Positions 10,630-20,672 of a stretch of 64,000 nt of DNA are shown here, piece after piece. The notes beneath the pieces are model-generated. The model did no database searches, was not told the DNA's origin, and saw only the letters and a program-made list of their open reading frames with translations. Position 1 is the stretch's first letter, and the number at the start of each line of letters is the position of its first letter. The translations under genes and the position numbers were made by a program. Origin of the DNA: an uncultured Planctomycetaceae bacterium (GTDB taxonomy: Bacteria > Planctomycetota > Planctomycetia > Planctomycetales > Planctomycetaceae); assembly GCA_963813715.1 (NCBI GenBank), contig CAWFAK010000005.1:1376001-1440000 (forward strand). Direction: 5' to 3'.

Positions 10630-11459
10630 AGGTGCCGGCCCGGATCGCCTGCCTGCTCTTTGCGGCCGCGCTCGGCTCGCTGGCCTGCCTCACGTCTCGG
10701 AGCGACGCCGTGGAGATTATCGGCCATCGCGGGGCATCGCACGATGCTCCCGAGAACACGCTCGCCTCGATCCGCCTGGCGTGGAAGCAGAACGCCGACG
10801 CGTCCGAAACCGACGTGCACCTCACCAAAGACGGTCAGATCGTGGTGATTCATGACTTCACGACCCGCCGGGTCGGCGGCCGCAATAAAAAGGTCGTCGA
10901 CCAGACGCTGGCGGAACTCAAAGAGCTCGACATCGGCCGCTGGAAGGGCGAGCAGTTTGCCGGCGAGCGGATCCCCACTTTGTCCGAATACCTGGACGCC
11001 ATTCCCAAGGGGAAGCGGCTGTTCATCGAGATCAAATGCGGCCCGGAGATCGTGCCGCCGCTGGGCGCCGTCCTACGTGCGGCCCACAAGCGGCCCGAGC
11101 AAACCTGCCTGATCGGCTTCTCGTACGACGTCATGAAAGCCGCCAAGCGCGAACTCCCCGAGCTAAAATGCTATTGGATCGTCGAATTGCGGAAGAACCG
11201 GGAAACGGGCCGGTGGACCCCGCAATTGGCAACCCTGATCAAAAAGGCCAAAGACGCCGGCTTGGACGGAATCGATTTTGGCGACGCGCCCGTGCTGGAT
11301 CGGGAATTTATCAGCAAGGTGAAGCAAGCGGGGCTCGGCGTTTATACCTGGACGGTCGATTCCGTACAGGAGGCAATGCGTTTGCAACAGGCCGGCGTCG
11401 ATGGGATTACCACCAATCGACCCGGCTTCCTGAAGGAGTCGCTGATGGGCCATCCCTGA
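10626..11459 (+). CDS. Secreted glycerophosphodiester phosphodiesterase
   Basis: IIGHRGASHDAPENT, ETDVHLTKDG, WTVD, GVDGITTNRP. Signal peptide; ATGA overlap with the upstream gene. Confidence 0.92.
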   Translation: MKVPARIACLLFAAALGSLACLTSRSDAVEIIGHRGASHDAPENTLASIRLAWKQNADASETDVHLTKDGQIVVIHDFTTRRVGGRNKKVVDQTLAELKELDIGRWKGEQFAGERIPTLSEYLDAIPKGKRLFIEIKCGPEIVPPLGAVLRAAHKRPEQTCLIGFSYDVMKAAKRELPELKCYWIVELRKNRETGRWTPQLATLIKKAKDAGLDGIDFGDAPVLDREFISKVKQAGLGVYTWTVDSVQEAMRLQQAGVDGITTNRPGFLKESLMGHP

Positions 11460-11564
11460 ACCCAGGGATGCGGGTCTTCGCTGTCCCGGCACCGGTCCTG
11501 CCATGAGATCGGCGCTGGATGGGGCCAGCGATTCACGGAATGATTCCTGTCGGAGTCTGATCGA

Positions 11565-12695
11565 ATGCGGATCCACCAGATTTTGCTTGGAGCCAGCACG
11601 GCTGCGGCCTCCCTTCTGTTTTCGCCCCGCGGAGCCGGATGCTGCTCGGCGGGAAGCGCGGCGGACACGCCGACACGGCAAGTCGCCTCGGTCGATCGAG
11701 CCGTCCTTCGCGACGCCATCAGCGAGGCGACCCTGCGGCTCAACAGTCCGCGGTTTGCCGAACGCGAAGCGGCCTCGAGAGAGTTGATCGACACCGGGGC
11801 GCCGGCCGTGGCAGCCCTGCGGGAAGTGGCTCTGCAAGGCAGCCTGGAAGCGTCGGTCCGTGCTGTCAGCATTCTGGAAGCGATCTACGTTGCCTCGGGC
11901 GACTTCGAGGAAGCCGCCACGGAGGACTTCTGGTCCGAGTTCAATGATGTGCTTCGCGCTTACATCTGGGTCGATCTGAGCGAAGCGCAGACCACGGCCG
12001 ACGCGGCCGAATCCGCGCTGGACGAACTGGAGCGCATCGGCCGCCCCGCCGTTGCCGAACGCGCCGAGATGGCGTTGGAATCGCACTACGATATCCGCGA
12101 GCGCCGCGCTCTCTGCGAAATCGAGCGACTGCACGGGAAGGCTATTTTTGGCGGCCTGCCCGCGACCGTCTTTTGGAACCCGCGGATCAATCCGGCCCCC
12201 CTGCCGAACGAGTTGCAGCGCGAAGCGAACAAGGGCCGCGGCGAATTGACGATGGTGATCATTGGGCCAAAATGGACCGGAGGCGACGAAGGGCTCAAGC
12301 AGGTCGCCCGTCTCAAGAAACTTCATAGCCTGTACCGCATCGAAGGCCAGCAGGTGACTGACGACGGCGTTCTGCGGTTGCGTGCCGCGCTCCCGGGGCT
12401 CGAGATCCAGGTCCGTGCCGCCGCCAAGCTGGGCATCGAGCACCGTCCCGACGTGATCGGTTTCGGCGTCGAACAGGGCTGCAAGATCGAAGCGGTCAAG
12501 CCGGGCGAAGCGGCGGCCAACGCCGGCCTGCGGACGAGCGATGTGATCCTCCAGTTCGCCGGACAAACGGTCAACAACTTCGATTCGCTGGTCGAGATCT
12601 TGCGTCACTACAATCCGGGCGACAACGTCGACGCGACGGTTTACCGCGACGGCGAAGTCCGCACGTACCACCTGACGCTGACCGGCTGGGATTAA
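11565..12695 (+). CDS. Exported protein with helical N-terminus and C-terminal PDZ domain
   Basis: Signal-like start; KLGI...AVKPGEAAANAGLRTSDVILQFAG PDZ pattern. Confidence 0.75.
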   Translation: MRIHQILLGASTAAASLLFSPRGAGCCSAGSAADTPTRQVASVDRAVLRDAISEATLRLNSPRFAEREAASRELIDTGAPAVAALREVALQGSLEASVRAVSILEAIYVASGDFEEAATEDFWSEFNDVLRAYIWVDLSEAQTTADAAESALDELERIGRPAVAERAEMALESHYDIRERRALCEIERLHGKAIFGGLPATVFWNPRINPAPLPNELQREANKGRGELTMVIIGPKWTGGDEGLKQVARLKKLHSLYRIEGQQVTDDGVLRLRAALPGLEIQVRAAAKLGIEHRPDVIGFGVEQGCKIEAVKPGEAAANAGLRTSDVILQFAGQTVNNFDSLVEILRHYNPGDNVDATVYRDGEVRTYHLTLTGWD

Positions 12696-13074
12696 CCCAG
12701 GCGAGGTTCGACTGGCCCGGTTGAATCGGTCCGCCCTAGCCGTGCGACTATTCCGGTGTTGCTTGCCGGGCGTGCTGCCCGTGCTTTCCACCCGAGGCCC
12801 TTGCTGGCCCCACTGCTGCGCCCCTTCGCTTCCGAGGGTTTTGCGCACCTTTGCGGCCTGATTGCTCCCGTCCGCAAGGTCGCTACTGGCGGAAACCGAC
12901 GCCCGTGTTGCCCGTGTTGATTTTCCGCAACTGTTTCGCTTTTTCCGCGCCCTGCGGAATCGTGAGCTACGTTTTTCTTGTCAAAGCGGCCGGAAAGGGC
13001 CGGCGCCGCGCCTCGCGCGCGACTGCGGGGCCCGCAGGCATCGAATCGCATCGAAACAGGGAGTAAGGGATCCG

Positions 13075-14406
13075 ATGGTCAACGCCAAGTTCGTTCCGCC
13101 TCGTCCGGGCCGTCCCACCGCCGAGCAAGGACAGACCGATTTCGACGAGTTGAAGCGGCTGATCCACGGCAAGCTGGTCGACAAACTCGATCTGACCCGC
13201 CTGGGTGATCTCGAAGGCGACACGCTGCGGCGCGAGATCCGTCTCGTCGTCGAGCACTTGTGCGATACCGAAAATCCGCTGCTCAACCGCTCCGAGCGCG
13301 AAAAACTCATCGAGGAAGTGCTCGACGAGACGTTCGGCTTCGGGCCGCTCGAGGCGCTGCTCAAGGAAGACGGCGTCGCCGATATCATGATCAACGGCCC
13401 CAAGAACATCTTCTTGGAAAAGAACGGCCGGATTCAGCGCTCGAAGATCACGTTCCGCGATAACGAACACCTGATGCAGATCCTGGACCGCATCGTGTCC
13501 AAGGTCGGTCGGCGTATCGACGAAACGTCTCCGATGTGCGACGCCCGTCTTCCGGACGGCTCCCGTGTCAATGCGATCATTCCTCCGCTGGCCCTCGACG
13601 GCCCGGCCATCACCATCCGGCGCTTCGGCGCCAATCCGCTCACGCTCGAGGACCTGTTGCGGTTCGGTGCCTTTACGCCCGAGATGGTCATGCTCCTGGA
13701 AGGAGCGATGAAGGCCCGGCTCAACATGATCGTGAGCGGAGGTACCGGTTCCGGTAAAACGACGCTGCTCAACACGCTGTCGAGCTTCATCCAGGCCGAC
13801 CACCGAGTCATCACGATCGAGGACGCGGCCGAACTTCAGCTCCAGCAGGAACACGTCCTGCGTCTCGAAACGCGGCCGGCCAACATCGAAGGCAAGGGCC
13901 GCATCAACGCGACCGACCTCGTGCGTAACGCCCTGCGTATGCGGCCCGACCGGATCATCATCGGCGAGTGCCGTGGTCCGGAAGCGCTCGACATGCTTCA
14001 GGCCATGAACACCGGCCACGAAGGTTCGCTGACCACGATTCACGCCAACGCCCCGCGCGACGCCGTCTCCCGTCTGGAGACGATGATCAACATGGGCGGC
14101 ATCGATATTCCGCTGAAAGCCCTGCGGCACCAGTTCGCCTCGGCCGTCGACCTGATCGTGCAAGCCAACCGTTTGCAGGGGGGCCCGCGAAAGGTCACCC
14201 ACATCACGGAAGTGCTCAACATGGAGCAGGACACCGTGATCATGCAGGACATCTTCCTGTTCGTGCAGGACGGCATCGACGAGCAGGGACGCGCGTTTGG
14301 GCACTTCACTTCGACCGGCGTGCGTCCGGCGTTTATGTCTCGCCTCGAATCGGCCGGCGTCCGGTTGCCCGCCAACCTGTTCGCCGCCCGTCAACTGGGC
14401 CGCTAG
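13075..14406 (+). CDS. cpaF: Tad pilus assembly ATPase CpaF/TadA
   Basis: [39 protein letters not shown]. Confidence 0.95.
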   Translation: MVNAKFVPPRPGRPTAEQGQTDFDELKRLIHGKLVDKLDLTRLGDLEGDTLRREIRLVVEHLCDTENPLLNRSEREKLIEEVLDETFGFGPLEALLKEDGVADIMINGPKNIFLEKNGRIQRSKITFRDNEHLMQILDRIVSKVGRRIDETSPMCDARLPDGSRVNAIIPPLALDGPAITIRRFGANPLTLEDLLRFGAFTPEMVMLLEGAMKARLNMIVSGGTGSGKTTLLNTLSSFIQADHRVITIEDAAELQLQQEHVLRLETRPANIEGKGRINATDLVRNALRMRPDRIIIGECRGPEALDMLQAMNTGHEGSLTTIHANAPRDAVSRLETMINMGGIDIPLKALRHQFASAVDLIVQANRLQGGPRKVTHITEVLNMEQDTVIMQDIFLFVQDGIDEQGRAFGHFTSTGVRPAFMSRLESAGVRLPANLFAARQLGR

Positions 14407-14485
14407 TCACACGAAGAGATCTGCCAGTCCATTTCGAGCAATTTGAGTACGCCGCGGGCCGCCGCCAGCCGCTGGGAACGCTGTC

Positions 14486-15451
14486 ATGAGTCCAATGATT
14501 ATTTCGCTTGCCGCGTTCTTCGCCGCCACGATGCTCATCGTCGGCGTCGCCGCCTTGATGGGCATGTTCAACACGTCCAAGGCGGAAGACCGCCTGGCGG
14601 TGATGACCGGCCGCAAGAAGGAGCTGGAGTCCGAGGGCATCGTCAAGGAAGAACTGTTCCGCGAGGGAAGAGCGGGCGTCGCCGGCATGCTGAGCGGCCT
14701 GGGCAAACGGCTTGAAGGGATGAGCCGCCTCTTCCAACAGGCGGACTGTCCCCTGAAGCCGGAAGTGTTCTTCGGAGTCATGGGACTCTGCGGGTGCCTG
14801 GGCTTTGCCGCCATGGCCATTACGCACGCCGCGCTGCCGTTGCTACCCGCCGGGGCCCTGATGGGTGCCTCGTTGCCGTTAGTCTGGCTGTTGTGGCGGC
14901 GGAAGCGGCGGTTTAAGAAATTTGGCAAGCAGCTGCCGGACGCCCTCGAACTGATCGCGCGAGCCTTGCGGTCGGGCCACAGTCTGGCCTCCGGCTTGCA
15001 CGTCGTCGTGGAAGAAATGCCGGCTCCCATTTCGACGGAGTTCGGCCAGGCATACGAGGAACAGAACCTGGGCGTGCCGCTCGAGCAGTCGCTCAAGAAC
15101 ATCCTCGTCCGCATGCCCAACATGGACCTCAAGTTCTTCGTCACCGCGGTGGCCATTCAAAAGCAGGCCGGCGGCGACATGGCCGAAATCCTCGACAAGA
15201 TCGGCTACATCATCCGCGAACGCTTCAAAATCATGGGCCAGGTGCAAGCTCTCACGGGCGAAGGCCGAATCAGCGGCGTCGTGCTGATGGCCTTGCCGAT
15301 CGCCCTCTTCTTCGCCGTCTACTACCTCAATCCGACCTACATCATGCTCCTGTTCACCGAGGAACTGGGCCGCAAGATGATCGCCGTCGCGGTGGTCTTG
15401 CAGATTCTCGGCGCGATCACGATCAAGAAAATCGTCAACATCAAGATCTGA
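14486..15451 (+). CDS. tadB: Tad pilus inner-membrane protein TadB
   Basis: QLPDALELIARALRSGHSL, GGDMAEIL; follows cpaF. Confidence 0.92.
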   Translation: MSPMIISLAAFFAATMLIVGVAALMGMFNTSKAEDRLAVMTGRKKELESEGIVKEELFREGRAGVAGMLSGLGKRLEGMSRLFQQADCPLKPEVFFGVMGLCGCLGFAAMAITHAALPLLPAGALMGASLPLVWLLWRRKRRFKKFGKQLPDALELIARALRSGHSLASGLHVVVEEMPAPISTEFGQAYEEQNLGVPLEQSLKNILVRMPNMDLKFFVTAVAIQKQAGGDMAEILDKIGYIIRERFKIMGQVQALTGEGRISGVVLMALPIALFFAVYYLNPTYIMLLFTEELGRKMIAVAVVLQILGAITIKKIVNIKI

Positions 15452-15497
15452 CGACGGTATCAAGATTCTCACGGCATGGCCGCAGGATGGATCTGTC

Positions 15498-16436
15498 ATG
15501 GACTTAACGAACCTTTTGCCTTGGGCCATTTTCGGCGTCATCACGTTCGGCGTGTGGGCGCTGATCAACGTCTTCTCGTCGCGATCCAGCCGGGCGATCG
15601 AGCGGCTCGAAGAGCTGCGCGATCCGACGCTGCGAAACCGCGAAGGCGGCGGTTCCGGCAAAACCGGCATGGGCGCCGTCGTTGAAATGGCCGCCCCCGC
15701 CCTGTCGAAAGCTCTGCAACCCAAGACCGAGCTCGAGCAAAGCGAACTCAAAAAGCGGATGGCCAACGCCGGCTACAACGCCCCCGGCGCTGCCCAGCTC
15801 TTCCTGGCGATCAAGTTCGCCATGATGATCGGCGGCTGCTTGCTGGGAAGCGGCTTCGGCCTCGTGCACTGGGGGATGACGCAGAAGGGCTGGACCTCGA
15901 TCATCGTCGGGGCCGGCATCGGCTTCTATCTGCCTGAACTGGTGCTCGCTTTGATGAAGCGGTCGCGGCAGGAGAAAATCTTCCTGCAGCTGCCGGATAC
16001 CCTGGACCTCTTGGTCGTCTGCGTGGAAGCCGGCTTGGGTCTCGACGCGGGCATGCGTCGCGTTTGCGACGAGCTGGTCGATTCGGCCCCGGAGCTCACG
16101 TCCGAATTCAACATGGCCAACAAGCAACTGCAAATGGGACGTCCCCGCCGCGAGGTCTTGCATGACCTGGGCGTGCGGACGGGCGTCGACGACATGCGGG
16201 CCCTGGCCGCCATTTTGATTCAGGCCGACAAGTTCGGCTCCTCGATCGCCCAGGCCCTCCGCGTCCAGTCCGACAGCATGCGAGTCAAACGCCGCCAGAT
16301 CGCCGAAGAGCGAGCCCAGCAAACGGCCGTGAAGATGATCTTCCCGCTGGTGCTCTTCATCTTCCCGGGCATCTTCGTGGTGCTGGTCGGCCCGGCCGCC
16401 ATCTCCATGATCAACGGCCTGCTCAAGAACGGCTGA
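15498..16436 (+). CDS. tadC: Tad pilus inner-membrane protein TadC
   Basis: LPDTLDLLVVCVEAGLGLD, KMIFPLVLFIFP. Confidence 0.92.
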   Translation: MDLTNLLPWAIFGVITFGVWALINVFSSRSSRAIERLEELRDPTLRNREGGGSGKTGMGAVVEMAAPALSKALQPKTELEQSELKKRMANAGYNAPGAAQLFLAIKFAMMIGGCLLGSGFGLVHWGMTQKGWTSIIVGAGIGFYLPELVLALMKRSRQEKIFLQLPDTLDLLVVCVEAGLGLDAGMRRVCDELVDSAPELTSEFNMANKQLQMGRPRREVLHDLGVRTGVDDMRALAAILIQADKFGSSIAQALRVQSDSMRVKRRQIAEERAQQTAVKMIFPLVLFIFPGIFVVLVGPAAISMINGLLKNG

Positions 16437-16459
16437 CGCCCGCCACAACTCTCCAAACG

Positions 16460-16490
16460 AAAAACACTGGCCCCGGCCAGTGTTTTTTTT
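16460..16490 (+). terminator. Intrinsic terminator after tadC
   Basis: AAAAACACTGGCC-CC-GGCCAGTGTTTTTTTT hairpin with T run. Confidence 0.85.
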
Positions 16491-16550
16491 GATCCCGTCC
16501 CGACCGCCTATTGCGTGCGCGGCTCCTTGATTCTGACGAACTCACTCTTC

Positions 16551-16615
16551 CCCCCTCGCCCCTTGCGGGAGAGGGGTCGGCCTGCGACGAGCTCAGTCGA
16601 GCCGGGGTGAGGGGC
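16551..16615. repeat. REP-like palindromic element (CCCCTC...GAGGGG type)
   Basis: CCCCCTCGCCCCTTGCGGGAGAGGGG...GGGGTGAGGGGC, a nested inverted repeat. Confidence 0.6.
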
Positions 16616-16674
16616 CCCTTTTCGATCCCGTCCCAATCGACGCGTCCCGTCCGGTTCGCGTCCCGTCCCGTGTC

Positions 16675-16758
16675 CACCACGAAGGCACAAAGGACCAAGG
16701 AATTCGAATCTGCTGACTTAGGATCTTGCTTCGTGCCTTCGTGTCTTTGTGGTGAAAA
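16675..16758. repeat. Inverted-repeat element (CACCACGAAGGCACAAAG...CTTCGTGCCTTCGTGTCTTTGTGGTG)
   Basis: Imperfect long inverted repeat in the intergenic region. Confidence 0.55.
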
Positions 16759-17047
16759 TCTCCGTGAGCTTGTCATCCCGCCTCACAGATTGTGACCGGA
16801 CCGGACCGGACCCGATCCCGTCGCGTCTCTCTCTATCTCTGACCTTGGACCTTGGACTTACTCGAGTCCCGTCCCGTCTAGCAGAGCAGTCCGGACCCGG
16901 ACCCCTGCTCGCGAAAGTGTCCGGACCGGACCTTTTGACCGGTCCCGTCCCCAGTTGGCGTGTCCCGACCGAGAGGTCGCGGATCAAATTCGCCGGGATT
17001 CGCTCGGTAAAACAACGTGTCCCGGGCTTTGCACAATGGAACGCATT

Positions 17048-18331
17048 TTAGCCGATCTGTTGTGCAATTCTCAGATTCGTTGTGCAGACCGGGGCGGCGG
17101 CGAAATCGGGCTGAATCCCAAGCTCGTGCATCGCTCCGATCAGCACGCAAAGGTTGTGACAGAGGATTTTGCAGAGCACTTCGTTCTTCATCGCCAGCTT
17201 GGTCCGGCTGCGAACGGCGTCCCCGAACTTGGTTTTGATCGACATGAAACAGGCTTCGATGTTAGACCGCTTGTGGTAATGCCGCAGGAACTCCTCCCGG
17301 TGCAGGCTGAAGTAGTGGAACGCCTTGGCGTAGAGCCCGCCGACCGCCCCGGTCGTGCCGGCCCGGAACGGGATGTACGCGGTCGCCTTGTGTTTCGCAA
17401 TCGCTTCAAAATTGGCCGTACTGGCGTACTGTCGGTCTGCTGAAACTTCCGACACGTCGAAGTTCTTCGCGGTCTCGTCCAAGAGCGCGGGCAAGAGCGG
17501 ACTGTCGTTCGTGCAGCGCTCGTGAATCTCGACGGCGGTCACGACGTGGTCGTGCAGCCGATCATCACGTGGGTTTTTACCCAGTCGGTTTCCTTCCGCT
17601 CGCCACCGCACGGGCCGTACTTGTGGTCGTACCAGCGATGGAATCGGCTGGCCGTGAATCCCGTTGAATCTGCGGCGAAATCGCTCTCAATCGCGGTAAG
17701 CGGCAGGCTGGCTTTGACGATCAACTCGCGCAAGAACGTCCGTCATGCGTTCATCGTCAAGGCGATTGAAGATCGAGTTGAAGTGCGGGACGCAGCCGAT
17801 GTGCCCCTTGGCGTGGCATCCGCAGGTCCGACATGAACCGCCGGCCGCTCAGCGTGGAGAACACCTTGAAGCAGACCGCGAACACGGCGTCACGCATCGG
17901 GATGCGGCGCTGTCCGCGCCCTCTTGCGATTCCTCTTCGATCCCTTCACACAACGCAGCCAAGAGCGATTGGAACGTATCCTTCTCGCTGGTCTGGGCGC
18001 GGTTGTACGCGGGCCACTGCTGCGGATAGCTCTTGCGGACGATCTTCTCTTCGACGGTCACGCTTTCCGTGATCGTCTCGCTTCCGTCCGCGAACAATTC
18101 CCTTTGTCGCACGATCCGAACGGCCAAGATGTGTTTGCAGGTACAGCCGCGTAACTCGAAATCGGGGCAAGTGCAGTGAGGCGACTGGTCGTCAGGATCG
18201 ACCTTGTACCGCTTCTCACCCGGCAACGATTGAGACGAGACGTACCATTGGTTCCCGATCTGCACGATCTTCTGCGTTGCCGCCAAGATCAGTGCGCGAT
18301 TCTCGCGATCCAGCAACTTCCAATCGGTCAT
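17048..18331 (-). pseudogene. Transposase with N-terminal SWIM zinc finger and IS4/IS5-type DDE domain; 4 or more frameshifts (decay or sequencing error)
   Basis: CTCPDFELRGCTCKH (SWIM), AADSTGF (D1), SADRQY (D2), YHKRSNIEACFMSIK (Y-x2-R-x3-E-x6-K). Split over ORFs 17849..18331, 17539..17733 and 17048..17611. Confidence 0.88.
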
Positions 18332-18377
18332 GGCCGCTTCCCCTACAGGATGCGGCGCGACGGGTTAAAATGTCCGA

Positions 18378-18448
18378 CAAGGGGCATTCGGGCCGTTCAC
18401 GCCTGAGTGCTTCGGCCCGTCGTAGCTCGAACTACGGCGGGCTTTTTT
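18378..18448 (+). ncRNA. Candidate ~70-nt two-hairpin RNA antisense to the transposase leader
   Basis: TAAAAT at 18366-18371. Hairpin GGGGCATTCGGGC/GCCTGAGTGCTTC (18381-18413, G-U pairs work on the + strand). Hairpin GCCCGTCGTAG/CTACGGCGGGC followed by T6. Confidence 0.5.
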
Positions 18449-18477
18449 GTTCCCGGTTCTAAAATGAACCAGTCGGT

Positions 18478-18527
18478 TTGACACCGTTACTATCCGTCAC
18501 TATACTACACTATCCGATGCTAGTCAA
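18478..18527. promoter_or_regulatory. Overlapping divergent sigma70 promoters for the ATPase (+) and transposase (-)
   Basis: + strand TTGACA(18478)-17 nt-TATACT(18501). - strand TTGACT(18527)-17 nt-TATAGT(18504). ACTATCCG occurs twice within. Confidence 0.75.
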
Positions 18528-18553
18528 CTCTAATTGCTCTGGAGGGCGAGGGC

Positions 18554-19807
18554 ATGCCTCTTTCCAAATCCGACTTGCAAACCAAGGCGCTTCAGCTCGG
18601 GCAGATTTTCAAACCGGCATCGCCAATCGATCAGGAGGATCTGTTTTGCGGGCGGCAAACCCAGATCCGCAACGTCGTAGACGCGATCAACCAGACCGGT
18701 CAGCACGTAATCATGTACGGCGAGCGGGGCGTGGGGAAAACTTCGCTGGCCAACGTGCTGGTATCGAAGCTTCGCGCTGGCAACCGCGTGATCGTGGCTC
18801 CGCACGTCAACTGCGACAACGGCGATGACTATGCCTCGATTTGGAGAAAGGTGTTCTCGGAAATCACTGTTATCTCGGAGAAGCGGTCGCCGGGATTTGT
18901 GGCCAAGATCGAGAAAACGGTGGGCTGTCTAGCGGATCAAATCAAGGGGCACATCACCCCGGATTCCGTCAGGAAGCTCCTAACGAGTGTCGGCGAGAAC
19001 TCCATGCTTCTCGTAATTCTCGACGAGTTCGACAAAATTCCGAAAAAAAATGTTCGCAGTCTGGTCGCAGACACCATTAAGGTGCTGTCGGACCGCGCTA
19101 CTCCGTCAACGATTGTCGTAGTCGGGTTTGCTGACGACGTTAACGGACTGATCGAAGAACACCAATCGATTGAACGGTGCCTAGTCCAGGTTCCAATGCC
19201 GCGCATGTCTCCAGTGGAACTCGAAATGATTGTAACCAACGGCCTCAAGCGCGTCGGCATGACGATCGACCAGGATGCCCTTCAGGAAATCTCGGGACTC
19301 TCTAAAGGGCTGCCTCACTACACCCATCTAATCAGCCTGCATTGCGCAAGGCGAGCGCTCGATTCCGGAACGCTGGCGATCACACCCGACCATGTAAAGG
19401 CCGCGGTTCGCGAGGCGATCACGGAGACGCAGCAGACCATTAAAAGCACGTATAACGAAGCAACTCTGAGCACGAAGAAAAATGCCCTATATCGGCAAGT
19501 GCTTCTTGCCTGCGCGATGACTGACGCGGACGACTTTGGCTACTTCGCTCCGATCGACGTGCGTGAACCGCTTAGTCGGGTGTTGAAAAAACCCTCAAAG
19601 ATTGAGGCGTTCGCAAAACACCTGCATGCGTTTTGCGAGGACAAACGCGGACCCGTGCTAAAAAAGATGCCGGATCGATCCAGGTTCCGTTTCATGAACC
19701 CACTCATGCAGCCTTTCATTCTGATGAAGGGGCTAAAGGACGATCTTGTGACCGAAGACGATTTGGGCCTGAAGCGTGATCCAAAGGCGGAAGGCAAATT
19801 GTTTTAG
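18554..19807 (+). CDS. AAA+ ATPase, Orc1/Cdc6-like (possible C-terminal winged helix), transposon passenger
   Basis: LFCGRQTQI, GERGVGKTS (Walker A), VILDEFD (Walker B), SIER, GLPHY. Confidence 0.85.
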   Translation: MPLSKSDLQTKALQLGQIFKPASPIDQEDLFCGRQTQIRNVVDAINQTGQHVIMYGERGVGKTSLANVLVSKLRAGNRVIVAPHVNCDNGDDYASIWRKVFSEITVISEKRSPGFVAKIEKTVGCLADQIKGHITPDSVRKLLTSVGENSMLLVILDEFDKIPKKNVRSLVADTIKVLSDRATPSTIVVVGFADDVNGLIEEHQSIERCLVQVPMPRMSPVELEMIVTNGLKRVGMTIDQDALQEISGLSKGLPHYTHLISLHCARRALDSGTLAITPDHVKAAVREAITETQQTIKSTYNEATLSTKKNALYRQVLLACAMTDADDFGYFAPIDVREPLSRVLKKPSKIEAFAKHLHAFCEDKRGPVLKKMPDRSRFRFMNPLMQPFILMKGLKDDLVTEDDLGLKRDPKAEGKLF

Positions 19808-19838
19808 CCGCCCGGAAGCGGCAAGGGAGCATGCGGGC

Positions 19839-20291
19839 ATGATCGAAAAGCAGCTTTTGACGGCGGTCATCGTCCCCGTCGGGATTTTGGTCGTCACCGT
19901 CGTCTGCAAGTGCCTCATCCGAATGAGTTGGCCCAGGCTGACGGATTTTTACATGGGAATCGACGCGATGATGGCCGCCATCGCGTCGGGACTGATTTAC
20001 TTGTGCGATCTGGGCTATCAATATCGCGACGCAAAAAAAACCGTCGACCCAAAGGACAGGGCCGACCAGCTGGATCTCATTGCAAAGCACGCCTTCTACG
20101 GGATCGGATACTGTGTTGCCGTTGCGGTTTTTCTGTTCTTTTTGTTGCTTTTTCACCAGCGTTACGAAGCCCTAAAATTGCAGGGGAAAACGCCTAAATT
20201 CTGGAGTTGGATGAATTTTCTTATCTTGGTGATCTGCAATGGGATAGGCTTTGGTTGGCTGTTCGCAATCGTGTACTTTATCACCGGCTGA
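19839..20291 (+). CDS. Four-TM hypothetical membrane protein, transposon passenger
   Basis: Four hydrophobic segments; starts 31 nt after the ATPase stop; visibly AT-richer codons than host genes. Confidence 0.75.
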   Translation: MIEKQLLTAVIVPVGILVVTVVCKCLIRMSWPRLTDFYMGIDAMMAAIASGLIYLCDLGYQYRDAKKTVDPKDRADQLDLIAKHAFYGIGYCVAVAVFLFFLLLFHQRYEALKLQGKTPKFWSWMNFLILVICNGIGFGWLFAIVYFITG

Positions 20292-20360
20292 GCTTGACAG
20301 TCCGATATAATGATTGCCGAGTCATTCCCATTCAGTCCGCCAACTCGCGGGCATTTCCTT

Positions 20361-20585
20361 ATGACCCAAAACGCAGAATCCACCAAGACGCGAACCGCGG
20401 AAGTGATCGCATGTACCGCTGCCGCGAGCGGCGTTGCGCTCGGAATTGCGTCGGCAGTTACCGTTTCGATTCCACTGGTTGCCGCCGCCGCTGGCCTCGG
20501 TCTTATTGGCGTCGCCGGCGAGTACTACGCTCAGCGCACGCCTGCAGGCACAGCGGTCCAGTCGGAGGGCAAGCCGCGCTCTTGA
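20361..20585 (+). CDS. Small Ala/Gly-rich membrane peptide (74 aa), transposon passenger
   Basis: MTQNAESTKT...GVALGIASAVTVSIPLVAAAAGLGLIGVAG; followed by a terminator. Confidence 0.55.
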   Translation: MTQNAESTKTRTAEVIACTAAASGVALGIASAVTVSIPLVAAAAGLGLIGVAGEYYAQRTPAGTAVQSEGKPRS

Positions 20586-20605
20586 GTCGCGGAAGATCGA
20601 TGCAT

Positions 20606-20634
20606 GACCGCTCCGCTAGGGGCGGTTTTTTTTT
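20606..20634 (+). terminator. Intrinsic terminator
   Basis: ACCGCTCC-GCTA-GGGGCGG followed by T9. Confidence 0.75.
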
Positions 20635-20672
20635 GCGCCGCCCACGTCCCCCTCTCCCGGTACAATCGCGGC

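Noticed and set aside
16491..17024. CRISPR array or ORF 16749..17051
   Set aside because: The repeats are short and irregular with no constant spacers and no cas genes. The ORF is just translated repeat sequence.
20294..20311. TTGACA and TATAAT as a single promoter
   Set aside because: They are only 6 nt apart, so they cannot be one sigma70 promoter.
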